In this document: positions 63,594 to 64,000 of the stretch, one piece after another
Position numbering within the stretch: position 1 is the stretch's first letter
Layout: the number at the start of each line of letters is the position of its first letter
Assembly (NCBI GenBank): GCA_965208635.1
Contig: OZ242349.1
Coordinates: 2,049,769-2,113,768 of the forward strand
Direction of reading: 5' to 3'
Length of the DNA stretch: 64,000 bases
From: Candidatus Poribacteria bacterium
GTDB lineage: Bacteria > Poribacteria > WGA-4E > WGA-3G
Position numbers and translations under genes: made by a program
The notes under the pieces: generated by a model
Told to the model about the DNA's origin: nothing
The model's database searches: none
Seen by the model: only the letters and a program-made list of their open reading frames with translations

Positions 63594-64000
63594 TCAATTC
63601 TCCCATACCGAACGCTTTATAGCACCCCAAGCGGTGGTAACTTTGTCTTTGGGTAAAACCGCGAGAAAACTTTTCATCGCCTCTTCAATTTCGGCTTGGG
63701 TGAGAGCGCGTCGCCAGAGACCAATTTGGTCAATCGAACCGTTCTTGAAGGTATACTGCGGATGAGCCTTGGCACACCCAATGCGAAGGTCCAGATCATT
63801 AGTTCCAGAGAACTCAAATACCGCGTCAACTTTGGAGCGGATTTTGCCATCCAAGTAGATTTTTGCAGTCTCACCATCGTAGGTCCCAGCGATATGATGC
63901 CACCTCTTATCTACCATTGGGCCCGAAGTAGTGAAGCTCCACACACCTTGGATTCCGCCTAATAACATGCTGATATTTGGGCCCTTGAATGCCCCAACAT
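63594..64000 (-). CDS. LamG-domain protein, C-terminal part (frame stays open to the right window edge)
   Basis: WHHIAGTYDG...IYLDG and IDQIGLWRRALTQAEIEEAM are LamG signatures. There is no stop between 63968 and 64000 in this frame. Confidence 0.65.
   Translation of the reverse strand, partial: VGAFKGPNISMLLGGIQGVWSFTTSGPMVDKRWHHIAGTYDGETAKIYLDGKIRSKVDAVFEFSGTNDLDLRIGCAKAHPQYTFKNGSIDQIGLWRRALTQAEIEEAMKSFLAVLPKDKVTTAWGAIKRSVWEN

Noticed and set aside
1-64000. Prophage, integrative element or transposon content; tRNA or rRNA genes.
   Set aside because: I saw no integrase, transposase, phage structural or replication genes, and no tRNA-like T-arm/acceptor patterns or rRNA segments by eye. A tRNAscan/Infernal run would be needed to exclude small RNAs formally.

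Overview
The window is about 64 kb of bacterial chromosome, roughly 90% coding. I saw no rRNA, tRNA, CRISPR array, transposase or integrase by eye. A housekeeping block (yebC-ruvC-ruvA-ruvB-queA-yajC, maf, tkt) sits inside gene content typical of an uncultivated marine or sponge-associated heterotroph. That content includes 3 Cys-type sulfatases, 3 PhyH-like dioxygenases, LamG and C-type-lectin proteins, WD40 and TPR eukaryote-like repeat proteins, and a secreted 5'-nucleotidase with a T9SS/FlgD-Ig-like C-terminal domain. The gene content resembles Poribacteria, but that is inference only. Main observations follow. (1) Two genes that the ORF track splits at TGA are continuous reading frames in which UGA falls at a redox-active Cys position. 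One is a secreted tandem BCP/PrxQ peroxiredoxin with two UGA codons. The other is a thioredoxin-fold/TPR protein with one UGA, translationally coupled to a CxxCH protein. All three UGAs are followed by a hairpin whose loop starts exactly 21 nt downstream, so these are probably selenoproteins. (2) An AT-richer three-gene operon lies between two sulfatase genes. It encodes an FRG-domain protein, a roughly 19-repeat TPR protein and a 16-repeat WD40 protein fused to a chymotrypsin-like domain whose GxSGxP motif reads GCNGCP. It has no NTPase. It is a candidate undescribed conflict or host-interaction module. (3) A TonB-like gene is interrupted by an in-frame TGA, and its TonB_C domain is flanked by 29-nt direct repeats. 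(4) Several families of short interspersed repeats fill the intergenic regions. One is an element of about 85 nt that ends exactly at start codons and seems to supply the RBS. Another combines heptanucleotide (STRR-like) arrays with a hairpin core and occurs as inverted copies flanking ruvB. (5) A pair of ATPase-less ABC-2 permease genes is segmentally duplicated. I had no tools, so all family assignments come from motifs read by eye.
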